A stretch of DNA of 56,146 bases from the NCBI GenBank assembly GCA_949487855.1, contig CATAMV010000035.1, positions 1-56,146 on the forward strand, given 5' to 3'. Shown here one piece after another: positions 9,505 through 19,224 of the stretch. Both the position numbers and the translations under genes were made by a program. The stretch comes from Bacteroidota bacterium. GTDB lineage: Bacteria > Bacteroidota > Bacteroidia > Flavobacteriales > Flavobacteriaceae. The notes under the pieces were generated by a model. The model saw only the letters and a list, made by a program, of their open reading frames with translations, was not told where the DNA came from and made no database searches. How positions within the stretch are numbered: position 1 is the stretch's first letter; every line of letters begins with the position of its first letter.

Positions 9505-10572
9505 CTAGTTACGCACACTTGGCACAATGGTCAAAGTGGCTTTTTCCAAATCATCGTAAGTTTTTATTTCTTCTTGCAGTTTCAATTTCGTTTCTGCATC
9601 AATATCAACTAATCCCAGCGGATTTAAAACAATCTCTAGTCGCTCACCTCTAATGTAGTATATTTCTGCAGACTCACTCAGGTATTCCCCAAAAGGAAGC
9701 TGAGTAATGTGATCTTCTAAAAAACTATGCGCCTCTTTTCGGAATGCATTTTCTTTGAGTGCACGAGTAAAGGTTATTCCTGCGGGAATCATAACCAAAA
9801 GCGCTATAAAACTTACAAATCTTGCAGTACGTCTGCGCTGTTTTGAGTCTGCATATTGAATCATGGGAAAGCGCAACAGCTTAATCACTATAAAAGAGGC
9901 AAATGCTATAAAAGTTGCGTTTATAAAGAATAAATACAGTGCACCTAGCGCATAGCTAGGCTTTGCTACCGCAATTCCATAGCCTATGGTACACAAGGGA
10001 GGCATGAGCGCAGTAGCGATGGCAACCCCAAAAATAACAGAAGCAATTGTTCCTTTTTTGGTTCTGGCAATAGCAAGAGCCGCGCCTCCACAAAAGGCAA
10101 TAAACACGTCCCGAATATCTGGCTGTGTTCGTGCCAATAACTCTGAAGATTCTTGCTGAAGTGGAAAAATTAAGAAGTAAAAAGTAGCAGTGGCAACACT
10201 TAAGACAACCATAACCACAAAATTCTGTACCGCCTGTCTTAACATACTAAGATCATTTATGGCTAAGTAAACGCCTATTCCTAAAACAGGACCCATTAGC
10301 GGAGCAATAAGCATTGCACCAATGACCACAGCTGTGGCATTTGTATTTAATCCAATTGATGCGATAAAAATAGAGCAAATTAACACCCAAGCCGTAGCGC
10401 CTCGAAACGGAATATCTGCGCGTACAGCCTCCAAAGAAGCGGCATAATCTGTATCACGAGAAATGCGCAAAAGCTGGCGTACGTCTCGTAAGCGAGTTGA
10501 CCAAGTACCCTTATCCAAAGCAGTTTTTTTTGGTTGTTCGCTAGATTCAGAAAAATCAAATTTTGATTCCAT
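9505..10572 (-). CDS. DUF389-family integral membrane protein
   Basis: 355 aa with multiple TM segments. The GAMLIAPLMGP and ALMPPLC blocks are typical of DUF389. ATG verified; its start overlaps the stop of the upstream SprT-like gene by 1 nt (TAATG). Confidence 0.7.
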   Translation of the reverse strand: MESKFDFSESSEQPKKTALDKGTWSTRLRDVRQLLRISRDTDYAASLEAVRADIPFRGATAWVLICSIFIASIGLNTNATAVVIGAMLIAPLMGPVLGIGVYLAINDLSMLRQAVQNFVVMVVLSVATATFYFLIFPLQQESSELLARTQPDIRDVFIAFCGGAALAIARTKKGTIASVIFGVAIATALMPPLCTIGYGIAVAKPSYALGALYLFFINATFIAFASFIVIKLLRFPMIQYADSKQRRRTARFVSFIALLVMIPAGITFTRALKENAFRKEAHSFLEDHITQLPFGEYLSESAEIYYIRGERLEIVLNPLGLVDIDAETKLKLQEEIKTYDDLEKATLTIVPSVRN

Positions 10573-11165
10573 TATACTTCTTTAACTTCCACAAAAGGCG
10601 GAAATAAATATTGTCTTTTGGTTTGGATACAAGTACATAAAAATCGAGTTCTGCGTTTTAGTCCTTTTTGAAAAACACGTCCGTCAAAAGCACGAAATAA
10701 TGTGCCTTGCTCCAATTCAAAAATACATTTTTTATCGTTGGGTGGATCAAATTGACGCAATGCTAGCATAAGAGGAGTATCTGCAGCAAAGGTTGCTTTT
10801 GGTTTTTGCATGTGCTTTTTCAAAGGCGTTAACAACGATTCTGGGAAAAAATCAGTTGTTAAAAACGGGGATACTAATGCATGAAATGTATTTTGCCAAA
10901 CTATGCCATGTGGTTTTTGTCTTTTTCGATAATTAGAAAATACGCTATAGTGTGCCCATTCGTGCAAAAAAGTAAGCAAAAATCGGTATGGATTTTCCAT
11001 TGCATTTAGCGTAATGGTAACGGGTTTACCTCGCTGTACACGAAAATCGCCATGTTTGGTTTTACGTTGGCGTACCACTTTAATCTGAATATTATTATCA
11101 CCAATCAACGAAGCACATCTTTCTTGTGCTGCCGCTGGCAAAAAAGAATAAAAATCGAGATTCAT
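10572..11165 (-). CDS. SprT-like zinc metallopeptidase-domain protein
   Basis: 197 aa with an HExxH motif (LHEWAHY) in SprT-like context. ATG verified; overlaps the SDR stop by 1 nt. Confidence 0.6.
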   Translation of the reverse strand: MNLDFYSFLPAAAQERCASLIGDNNIQIKVVRQRKTKHGDFRVQRGKPVTITLNAMENPYRFLLTFLHEWAHYSVFSNYRKRQKPHGIVWQNTFHALVSPFLTTDFFPESLLTPLKKHMQKPKATFAADTPLMLALRQFDPPNDKKCIFELEQGTLFRAFDGRVFQKGLKRRTRFLCTCIQTKRQYLFPPFVEVKEV

Positions 11166-11848
11166 TAAGGAGTAGTGTTCGAAACAGGAAGCACTTTACC
11201 GTTGTAAAATTGGTGTCCTGTTAAAGCAAATTGTGCAATATAAGCTGCCATGGTTTTGGCGTCCATGGGAACATCCAAACCAGGAAAAGCTTCGGAAAGC
11301 ATTTCAGTTTGTACAGCACCTAATGCCAAAGCATTCACAAACGGTCCTGAATCTTTAAATTCCTCAGCGAGCAATTCGGTAAGTATGGATACTGCCCCTT
11401 TGCTACTGCTATACGCAGCCAGCCCTGGAAATTTTGACGTGCCGTTTACACCGCCCATACTACAAACATTCACAACATGACTATCGGAGGTCATTTTTGG
11501 TAGTAAGATTCGCGTAAGATTCGCCAATCCAAAAACATTGACTTTGTAAACCGATTGAAAATCGAACTGTGTTGTTTCTGAAAAAGGTTTATTGATAAGT
11601 TTTCCTGCGTTATTAATCAGGACATCAACAAATTTTGGAGCAAAAGAAGTTGACCATTTTTGTAACGCTTTATCGTCAGAAATATCTAGCGAATAAGCAT
11701 GGACATTAGGTGCGTTTAAAGCCTCAATGGGTGCAATATTACGCGACAATGCCCAAACATGATGCTGATTGTCTGAAAACCACTGCACCATAGCTAAGCC
11801 AATTCCTCGGCTTGCTCCTGTAATCACAATGTTTTTTGACGCTCCCAA
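11165..11848 (-). CDS. Short-chain dehydrogenase/reductase (classical SDR)
   Basis: TGASRGIG cofactor motif, NNAG, and catalytic YSSSK. The first codon at 11848-11846 is TTG, 5 nt after the E2 stop. The only nearby alternative (GTG at 11827) would remove beta-strand 1. Confidence 0.85.
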   Translation of the reverse strand: MGASKNIVITGASRGIGLAMVQWFSDNQHHVWALSRNIAPIEALNAPNVHAYSLDISDDKALQKWSTSFAPKFVDVLINNAGKLINKPFSETTQFDFQSVYKVNVFGLANLTRILLPKMTSDSHVVNVCSMGGVNGTSKFPGLAAYSSSKGAVSILTELLAEEFKDSGPFVNALALGAVQTEMLSEAFPGLDVPMDAKTMAAYIAQFALTGHQFYNGKVLPVSNTTP

Positions 11849-11853
11849 AACAG

Positions 11854-13458
11854 TTACACCACCAATCGGATGGGATTTTCAATAAACTCCTTGAGCGTTT
11901 GTAAGAATTGTGCTCCTGTTGCACCATCTACAGTTCTGTGGTCGCAAGCAAGGGTGAGTTTCATCGTGTTTCCAACTACTATTTCGCCATCTTTAACCAC
12001 TGGTTTTTGCACAATGGCACCAACAGAAAGTATTGCAGAATTAGGTTGATTGATGATCGACGTAAACTCTGTAATACCAAACATTCCCAAGTTAGAGACT
12101 GTAAATGTACTTCCGTCGATTTCTTGAGGGGTTAGCTTTTTACTTCTTGCACGACCCGCATAATCTCGCACTTGTGTACCAATTTGTGGTAAGTTCATTT
12201 CGTTGGCAAATCGCAATACTGGAACTACCAATCCATCTTCAACAGCTACTGCTACGCCGACGTGCACATGATGATTTAAGACCATTTTATCATCAAACCA
12301 CTGTGAATTTACTTGTGGATGTTCTCTAAGCGACAACGCCACAGCTTTTACGACAATATCATTAAACGAAATCTTGGTGTCAGGTATGGAATTGTATTGC
12401 TTTCTAAATGCAATTGCAGCGTCCATATCCAACTCAACTGAAAGATAATAATGTGGTGCCGTAAATTTAGAAGCTCCCAAACGCTTTGCAATGGTTTTGC
12501 GCATTTGAGAGTTTGGAATTTCTTCTTGCTTTTCTTGACCTGCAGGCACAAAAACAGTTGGCTGAGAAGTTGTTACTGCGGCAGGCGTGTATTGTTCTAT
12601 GTCCCGTTTTACAATACGTCCAGATTCACCAGTTCCAGTAACAAGCTGTAAATCAATTCCTTTTTCTTTGGCAATCCTCTTTGCCAATGGCGATGCCATA
12701 ATACGACCTGTATTTGGCGTTGTAGCTGTTACAGTTGCAACTGGTGCAGCTACAGGTTCTGGATCTGTTGCAGGGATAGCAACAGGTGCTTCCGCTACTG
12801 CAGGGGCAGCCGCTTTTGGTGCAGCTAAAGGTGCAGCCAAAATAGCAGACACATCTGTTCCTGCCGGTCCAATGATAGCAAGAAGTGTATCTACAGGTGC
12901 TGTTTCGCCTACCGATATTCCTATGTGAAGTAGAACACCAGAAAAGAAGGACTCAAATTCCATGGTGGCTTTATCGGTTTCTATTTCTGCCAAAATATCG
13001 CCTTCCTCTACAGGATCGCCAACTTGCTTTAACCAAGAGGCAACGGTTCCTTCTTCCATCGTATCGCTAAGGCGTGGCATGTTGATAATTTCAACACCTT
13101 CTGGAATGGCCGCAGGAGCAGCTTCAGCGGTTTCTGTTTGTTCCGCTGGTTCAACAGCAGCTTCCGTAGGAGCATCAGCGGTTGCTGTTCCGCCACTTAG
13201 AAGCGCTGTAATATCTTCACCTTCTTCACCAATAATGGCTAATAGTACATCCACAGGAGCTGTTTCACCTGCATGAACCCCAATGTGTAAAAGTGTTCCA
13301 TCATAAAAGGATTCAAATTCCATGGTGGCTTTATCGGTTTCAATTTCAGCTAAAATATCGCCTTCGGATACTATGTCACCTACATTTTTGAGCCATGTAG
13401 CCACGGTTCCTTCTTCCATTGTATCGCTAAGGCGCGGCATGTTTATGATTGTTGCCAT
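11854..13458 (-). CDS. pdhC: Pyruvate dehydrogenase complex E2, dihydrolipoyllysine-residue acetyltransferase with two lipoyl domains
   Basis: 534 aa. It has two lipoyl domains (each with EIETDKATMEFES), Ala/Pro-rich linkers, a peripheral-subunit-binding domain (SPLAKRIAKEKGIDL) and the catalytic CDHRTVDGA motif. Confidence 0.93.
   Translation of the reverse strand: MATIINMPRLSDTMEEGTVATWLKNVGDIVSEGDILAEIETDKATMEFESFYDGTLLHIGVHAGETAPVDVLLAIIGEEGEDITALLSGGTATADAPTEAAVEPAEQTETAEAAPAAIPEGVEIINMPRLSDTMEEGTVASWLKQVGDPVEEGDILAEIETDKATMEFESFFSGVLLHIGISVGETAPVDTLLAIIGPAGTDVSAILAAPLAAPKAAAPAVAEAPVAIPATDPEPVAAPVATVTATTPNTGRIMASPLAKRIAKEKGIDLQLVTGTGESGRIVKRDIEQYTPAAVTTSQPTVFVPAGQEKQEEIPNSQMRKTIAKRLGASKFTAPHYYLSVELDMDAAIAFRKQYNSIPDTKISFNDIVVKAVALSLREHPQVNSQWFDDKMVLNHHVHVGVAVAVEDGLVVPVLRFANEMNLPQIGTQVRDYAGRARSKKLTPQEIDGSTFTVSNLGMFGITEFTSIINQPNSAILSVGAIVQKPVVKDGEIVVGNTMKLTLACDHRTVDGATGAQFLQTLKEFIENPIRLVV
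12868..13449 (-). repeat. Intragenic tandem duplication encoding the two lipoyl domains of E2 (copies at 13228..13449 and 12868..13089)
   Basis: Near-identical DNA stretches, e.g. ccatggtggctttatcggtttc at about 12960 and about 13320. The protein copies IINMPRLSDTMEEGTVA.WLK...LLAIIG lie 120 residues apart. Confidence 0.9.
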
Positions 13459-13459
13459 A

Positions 13460-14458
13460 TTATAATTTGTGAGAAATAAAGGGGTAATCTTTTTGTTCGT
13501 AAACAGCGTCGTACATCAAACTCTTTTCTGGGAATGGAGACGATTCTGCAAATTCTTCGCATTCTTTAACACGTGCTTTTACGCGAGCATCAATTGCTGC
13601 TAGCTCGTCTTCAGAGGCATAAGCTTCTTTTAAGACAATATCTTTCACCTGCGTAATTGGATCTATTTTGCGGTATTCTTCCACTTCGTCTTTGGTGCGA
13701 TAATGTTGTGCATCAGACATAGAATGACCGCGATAACGGTATGTTTTCGCCTCTAAGAAAGTAGGACCATCTCCGTTGCGCGCGCGCTGAATTGCTTCAT
13801 CTATTCCTTCTGCAACAGCAACTGGGTTCATACCATCAACTGGACCACAGGGCATCTCATAGCCTAATCCAAGTTTCCAAATATCAGTGTGATTAGCCGT
13901 ACGCTCTACCGAAGTTCCCATCGCATATCCATTGTTTTCTACAATGAATACAACAGGAAGTTTCCAAAGCATTGCTAAGTTTAGCGTTTCATGTAAAGAC
14001 CCTTGACGAACTGCGCCATCACCCATAAAACAAAGTGTAACCGCATCGCTGCCATGGTATTTATCACCAAATGCCATACCCGCACCTAGTGGAATTTGAC
14101 CTCCAACAATTCCGTGACCTCCGTGGAAACGGTGTTCTTTTGAAAATATATGCATTGAGCCACCTAGTCCGTTAGATGTTCCTGTAGCTTTCCCAAATAA
14201 TTCCGCCATAACCCTTTTAGGATCTACGCCCATTCCTATGGGTTGTACGTGATTACGATAAGCTGTAATCATGCGATCTTTGGTTAGATCCATTGCGTGA
14301 AGAGAGCCTGCAAGAATAGCTTCTTGCCCGTTGTACAGGTGTAGAAATCCACGAACTTTTTGTTGGATATAAACAGATGCAAGTTTATCTTCAAACTTGC
14401 GCCAAAACATCATGTTTTCGTACCAATTCAGGTATGTCTCGCGGGTAACTTTTTCCAT
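13460..14458 (-). CDS. pdhA: Pyruvate dehydrogenase E1 component, alpha subunit
   Basis: 332 aa, ATG verified. The TPP-binding motif is GDGAVRQGSLHETLNLAMLWKLPVVFIVENNGYAMGT. It lies 1 nt upstream of E2. Confidence 0.93.
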   Translation of the reverse strand: MEKVTRETYLNWYENMMFWRKFEDKLASVYIQQKVRGFLHLYNGQEAILAGSLHAMDLTKDRMITAYRNHVQPIGMGVDPKRVMAELFGKATGTSNGLGGSMHIFSKEHRFHGGHGIVGGQIPLGAGMAFGDKYHGSDAVTLCFMGDGAVRQGSLHETLNLAMLWKLPVVFIVENNGYAMGTSVERTANHTDIWKLGLGYEMPCGPVDGMNPVAVAEGIDEAIQRARNGDGPTFLEAKTYRYRGHSMSDAQHYRTKDEVEEYRKIDPITQVKDIVLKEAYASEDELAAIDARVKARVKECEEFAESSPFPEKSLMYDAVYEQKDYPFISHKL

Positions 14459-14482
14459 AGAATATGACTGTTATAAGTTCCG

Positions 14483-14490
14483 CAAAGATA
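14483..14490 (-). promoter_or_regulatory. Candidate -7 promoter box (TATCTTTG on the minus strand) for pdhA
   Basis: Exact TAnnTTTG match, ending 24 nt upstream of the pdhA ATG in the 70-nt porV-pdhA spacer. Confidence 0.35.
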
Positions 14491-14528
14491 CGGCAACTAA
14501 TTCATGGAAAAAAACATAACATAAAACC

Positions 14529-15674
14529 TTAGTAGCGTTCTTCACCAAAGTTAAACGTTAGTGAAAAACGCAGCGTATTTTCAAGTGGGTTTACAACTCG
14601 GGTTGCAGATATCAGGTAAGACAAATCGATATCAATGGTATTGTATTTAAATCCGGCTCCAAGGGTGATAAATTTTCGTGCACCCTTTAGCTCGTTTTCG
14701 TTAAAATAGCCAGCACGTAAGGCAAAAGATTCATCGTACATAAACTCTGCACCAATAGCCCAAGTAAATTCTTTTAACTCTTCGCTAAAACCATCAGGCG
14801 CATCGCCAAACGATTTAAAAATCCCAGACAAAACACCCACATCATTAGGTTGTTTATAACCCGTTATTTCTCCATCAGCATCTGTAATAGGCTCGCTTGG
14901 TGAAGGCACCAAAAGCTTGTTTAGCTCCAAACTTACGTTAAGCTTATTATATGAATCAAAAATAAAATCAAAACCTCCACCTAGCTTCAAATTAGTAGGT
15001 AAGAAATCAGACTCTCCTTCATCCTCGTATTTGAGTTTTGGTCCAATATTGGAAACATTAAATCCAGCGCGCCAAACTCCTGAAAAATTAGAATACGGCA
15101 CTTCATACGACTCATAAAATCCCGAAATACCCACAGCAACTGTATTAGCAGCTACACTTTCGTTGGTGCCTGTTTCAAGTTTTAAATCGGAACTGAGAAA
15201 CGAACCCTGAATAGCCATAGAAAATTTATCGCTGAGCTTTAACGCATAAGAGGCGTCTATTACAAATTCATTGGGTCGAAGAATTAATGGGCTATTCAAA
15301 ATTTCTTCAGCTGTATTTCCTGTTACAATTTCACCCAAGCTAAAATAGCGCAACCCAACAGCCCAAGCGGAACGGTCATCAATAGCGCGGTAATACGTTA
15401 AATCAGCAAGGAAAATATCGTTTACTAATTTACTTAAATAAGGGGTATAACTAATCGCTGCGCCTGTTTCATTAGGGGCAAAAGCAAACTTTGCAGGATT
15501 CCAATGATTGGAAAACGCATCGGCAGAAGTGGCAACCCCTTGATCACCTAATGCAGCTGAACGTGCGTCGGGCGCAATATTTAAAAAAGGAACTCCTGTG
15601 GTAACAACACGATTTTGTGCATAGGTAAAATGTAAAAGCCCGATAATGAATAGTAAAGTAGTAAGTTGTTTCAT
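14529..15674 (-). CDS. porV: Type IX secretion system outer-membrane protein PorV (LptO)
   Basis: I set the start to the ATG at 15674 (MKQLTTLLFIIGLLHFTYAQ signal peptide), 1 nt after the porU stop. It has the N-terminal GVPFLNIAPDARSAALGD block, a beta-barrel-like alternating pattern and an aromatic C-terminus. Confidence 0.85.
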   Translation of the reverse strand: MKQLTTLLFIIGLLHFTYAQNRVVTTGVPFLNIAPDARSAALGDQGVATSADAFSNHWNPAKFAFAPNETGAAISYTPYLSKLVNDIFLADLTYYRAIDDRSAWAVGLRYFSLGEIVTGNTAEEILNSPLILRPNEFVIDASYALKLSDKFSMAIQGSFLSSDLKLETGTNESVAANTVAVGISGFYESYEVPYSNFSGVWRAGFNVSNIGPKLKYEDEGESDFLPTNLKLGGGFDFIFDSYNKLNVSLELNKLLVPSPSEPITDADGEITGYKQPNDVGVLSGIFKSFGDAPDGFSEELKEFTWAIGAEFMYDESFALRAGYFNENELKGARKFITLGAGFKYNTIDIDLSYLISATRVVNPLENTLRFSLTFNFGEERY

Positions 15675-15675
15675 G

Positions 15676-18600
15676 TTATTTAATAATAAGTTTTGCCGAA
15701 TAGGTATCGTTTGATTGTGATAACGAAGAAATGAGCTCAATCGTGTACAAGTAAGTCCCTTTATTTACTTTTTGCCCACTGTATGATGTAGCATCCCAAC
15801 GTAAACTGTCCAACAAATAACCTGAAGAAAACACATTTTGACTGCTTTGGTAAATACGTTTTCCATCCATTGTAAATATATACAAATTCGCTTTTAATAA
15901 TTCACGTGGTCGGTTATGCTGTACAAAAAATGTTGTTTGATTTGTAACAGGGTTGGGCGAATTGAACACACCTTCAATTTGTAAGTCATTATTATCCATG
16001 ACCCAAAACGTAATTGTTTTAGTACTAGGATTATCATACGTATCCCATGCCTTTATGGTAAGTGTGTGCGCGCCTTTTGCTAAATTATTTAAAGGATAAG
16101 AAAGCGTTCCTTTGGTAAAATCGTCTAAAGATGTTGAATAAAATGCGTTAAGCACAATCGGATTGGTTTGATTATTATCTAAAATAGCTGTTATGTCGTG
16201 TCCAATTCCTCCTGCAGTATTAATACCATTTTCATCTGCTAAGTCTATAATAAGTGTTGGACTGTTAAAGACCCTGTCGCCATCAATAAAATTTCTATCA
16301 TTTAAATATACGTCAACTTCTGGCCCTTGATTATCTTCAGGTGCTGCGGTATTTAAACCCCCAATACTTAGTTTGTCAGAGTGGCCGCCCAATGATTCGC
16401 TTTTATCTTCATTAAAAGCAATCATTGTTAGCCTAGCTTTGCCAAGCTCCAAATCTATGCCCTTGGGCACAACAAAATTAAATGTAAATTTTCCGTTTTT
16501 TACGGAAGATAACCCTTGAAAAACTTGGTTTCCTAAGGATTTAAAAACCATTTTTTTGTGTCCGTCATTTCCTAGTGTTGAACGCTCAACTTCTTTGTCA
16601 AAAACCTGCAAGGAAACCGTCCCGTTAAATGAGGTTTCAATTTTCCCAAGATTATCTGCGGCAACTCCCTCTAAAGTAATTCTGTCTAAGGCGCTTAACT
16701 GAAGCTGCTCATCTGTTGCGCTATCAATAGCAGTACCGTTGATATGGGTGATTTTAACTTCTCGATTAGGGATATTGAGTTTTAAGGCGGGATCGCCGAT
16801 ATAAAATATTATGCGCTTTTGGTTATTATCAGAAAATTCGCTTTTTGCTTTTCTTAATGCTTCTGCAATACTGGTGTAATCTTCGCTTCCAAAAGAAAAC
16901 AGGTACTTCGAAAGGATATTATTGTAATTGATGCCGTTAGTAACATAAATTTGACGGGTTGTGGAAATAAGGCTAACTGCTCCACCAGTTGGGTTTTGAT
17001 AAATTAGTTCTCCTGCGGTTTGCCTGTCGTGATTATCAAACCTAGAGAACTCACAAGTAGATGTAACAAAAAGGGGGTATTTCCCTGGATGAAAAACCGT
17101 AGCCGCCATGTCTTTATCTACTAAAAACTCATTTGATAGTCCGTCCTCTCCACCATGTCCAAAATAATTCACTACTAATGTTCCTTGAGATAATCGGTTT
17201 TCTAAAGCCATTTCTACACTGGGATATCTATCGCCACCAGCAGATGCAACTTGCAAAAAAGCATCGGAGTGAAACTTCGTTATGTTTAAAAAAGGTTTGT
17301 TCTGTTGTAAACGATCACCAACCAAATCCAGTTGTTCTTGAATAACATATTCCCATTCATGATCAACATCATCAGAAAGCAGCGTAAAGCTATTATTCCA
17401 ACTTTCTTTGTTTTCTGGAGCCTCATAGGCAATTACTTTATCCACAGCAACGGTAGCCTGAATACTGTTTGAAAACACCATACGTCCAACTGCTAAATCC
17501 ATTTTATCGGATGAACTTAAAAGCCCCTCTCCAACATCCATCATTGTAAAGAAATCATCCGACATGTAAGAATTTGTCAAAGAAAAACTGTTAAGTGCAT
17601 GATATGTGGGTACAACCATATCGTTTGCTCGTGTACGGTTTTGATAATCAAAACTTGTGTCACCAAACAAACACAGGTATTTTAGTTTTTCTTTTTGTGT
17701 ATCATATAGGTATCGCACAAAATTCCGAATAGCAGCAATATCTTGTTGACCTGTTGAAAAGGCTTCGTAAATTTCTTCAAGAGTTACCAACTGTGCTTGC
17801 AACCCTCGTTTTTCTTGCCGGTGAGTTACTAATCGTTCTGCTTCATCTCTAAACGCCTCTGAAGTAATGAGCAAGTACGTAATCGCTGGCAGTTCATTAA
17901 TTTGTGTCAAAAAGGAAGCAGGAGAGAACTTACGTGTGCTTTGTCCGTATGTTGGAGTTTTGTAATCAGAGGCTAGAAAAAACGCACTATCAACATCTAC
18001 CAAAACATTTATGCCAAAAGTTGATGTGTCTGCAGGAGGCGTATGCACTACATCACCATTCAATTCCCATAGTATTGTTTCTGGTGTTGCTTCGTTAATT
18101 GCTAATTCTTGTACTCCTAATGAAGGATCAAGTTTAAATAAAAAATCAGCGTTTGTTCCTAGAAATTTCCTGTTGTATTGTACCAACATATAATCCAAAT
18201 ACCCATACGAGCTTAAATCATTGTTTGTGATAAATTCCAGTTCAGCTGTGACTTCATCGCTAGCCTTTAATTGAAGTTCCATCACACCGGCTATATTGTT
18301 GTAACGCGCTGTTGGTTCTGTTGCTACAATTGTTCCGTTGCCTGTAGATCCAAGTGTAGTTGTTTTTGAATCAGCACCTACACTTAAATTAAATGAAGTA
18401 TTGATGTTCGCTGCAGCAGCAGCAACACGAGCAACTAAATCGATCACAGTTCCATCCATTACATTTGGTGTTTGCAGCGTGTAGGTTTCTTTCTGTTTGT
18501 CTGAAAAGCGCTCCGAAAACCAACGTCTGCCTAGTGAACCAATGTTGTAATTATCTTCTTCAATTGCTGTTTGGTAAATACCCGAGTGTATCGCATTGGG

Positions 18601-19086
18601 TGAATTAATCTCATGCCCTTCTTCAACTAAAACACGTTTTCCATACGAAGTTCCGTACGTAATATAATAGGTTGCTGCGTCATGATATAGATTTCTAAAC
18701 GTTTGACTTTCTGCATTCCAAGTATTTCCCGCGTACCCCATAAACAAAATGTAATCTGCATCATCAAAAGAATTGTCATCCTCTCCAATAACCCATATTG
18801 CATTTTCGTACAGTGTTTCCACTTCATCAGCATTTTTTAGTGGAAGCATTTGACCGCCTCTTCCAAAAACACGAAGGGTTTTAGGGTCAATATCGTCTAT
18901 TGGTATTCCCAGTTCCCTCAAAAAATTTTTAGATATTTTTTGGACGCCTGTTTCTTCAACTGAAAAACGATGCCAAGATGTAATGGTACTGTCCAAAAAT
19001 GGATGCACAGGAACGTTTTGCGCATAAGCTAGCATACACAAAGTGCTAAAAACCGAAACAAAAAAACTACGATATTCTATTGTCAT
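15676..19086 (-). CDS. porU: Type IX secretion system C-terminal-signal peptidase PorU (peptidase C25 family)
   Basis: 1136 aa with a signal peptide. It has a gingipain-like core (YLLITSEAF, LCLFGDTSFDY, VNYFGHGGEDG, FVTSTCEFSRFD) and lies immediately upstream of porV, as in other Bacteroidetes. Confidence 0.85.
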   Translation of the reverse strand: MTIEYRSFFVSVFSTLCMLAYAQNVPVHPFLDSTITSWHRFSVEETGVQKISKNFLRELGIPIDDIDPKTLRVFGRGGQMLPLKNADEVETLYENAIWVIGEDDNSFDDADYILFMGYAGNTWNAESQTFRNLYHDAATYYITYGTSYGKRVLVEEGHEINSPNAIHSGIYQTAIEEDNYNIGSLGRRWFSERFSDKQKETYTLQTPNVMDGTVIDLVARVAAAAANINTSFNLSVGADSKTTTLGSTGNGTIVATEPTARYNNIAGVMELQLKASDEVTAELEFITNNDLSSYGYLDYMLVQYNRKFLGTNADFLFKLDPSLGVQELAINEATPETILWELNGDVVHTPPADTSTFGINVLVDVDSAFFLASDYKTPTYGQSTRKFSPASFLTQINELPAITYLLITSEAFRDEAERLVTHRQEKRGLQAQLVTLEEIYEAFSTGQQDIAAIRNFVRYLYDTQKEKLKYLCLFGDTSFDYQNRTRANDMVVPTYHALNSFSLTNSYMSDDFFTMMDVGEGLLSSSDKMDLAVGRMVFSNSIQATVAVDKVIAYEAPENKESWNNSFTLLSDDVDHEWEYVIQEQLDLVGDRLQQNKPFLNITKFHSDAFLQVASAGGDRYPSVEMALENRLSQGTLVVNYFGHGGEDGLSNEFLVDKDMAATVFHPGKYPLFVTSTCEFSRFDNHDRQTAGELIYQNPTGGAVSLISTTRQIYVTNGINYNNILSKYLFSFGSEDYTSIAEALRKAKSEFSDNNQKRIIFYIGDPALKLNIPNREVKITHINGTAIDSATDEQLQLSALDRITLEGVAADNLGKIETSFNGTVSLQVFDKEVERSTLGNDGHKKMVFKSLGNQVFQGLSSVKNGKFTFNFVVPKGIDLELGKARLTMIAFNEDKSESLGGHSDKLSIGGLNTAAPEDNQGPEVDVYLNDRNFIDGDRVFNSPTLIIDLADENGINTAGGIGHDITAILDNNQTNPIVLNAFYSTSLDDFTKGTLSYPLNNLAKGAHTLTIKAWDTYDNPSTKTITFWVMDNNDLQIEGVFNSPNPVTNQTTFFVQHNRPRELLKANLYIFTMDGKRIYQSSQNVFSSGYLLDSLRWDATSYSGQKVNKGTYLYTIELISSLSQSNDTYSAKLIIK

Positions 19087-19137
19087 ATATAAAGATAACG
19101 ATGTCTATAGATTAATTGTATTTTTAATAAGATATAC

Positions 19138-19145
19138 TATTTTTG
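19138..19145 (+). promoter_or_regulatory. Candidate -7 promoter box (TATTTTTG) for gldJ
   Basis: TAnnTTTG match in the 138-nt divergent porU/gldJ spacer. It would give a leader of about 75 nt. Weak evidence. Confidence 0.25.
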
Positions 19146-19224
19146 TTTTGATGACGTTTAGTAACTAATAAAAACGTATGATTTATTCGTATATTGCACC
19201 ATTGTTATGATTTGAAACTTACAA

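Noticed and set aside
12587-13276. Two plus-strand ORFs of 113 and 104 aa (12587..12928 and 12962..13276), rich in Ala, Gly, Ser and Thr.
   Set aside because: They are antisense to the Ala/Pro-rich linker and lipoyl regions of the E2 gene. Their composition mirrors the GC-rich linker codons, and the E2 frame is unambiguous.
12868-13449. Near-identical DNA repeats about 360 nt apart that could be taken for a mobile or intergenic repeat.
   Set aside because: Both copies lie in-frame inside one gene and encode the duplicated lipoyl domain of E2. This is an ordinary domain duplication.
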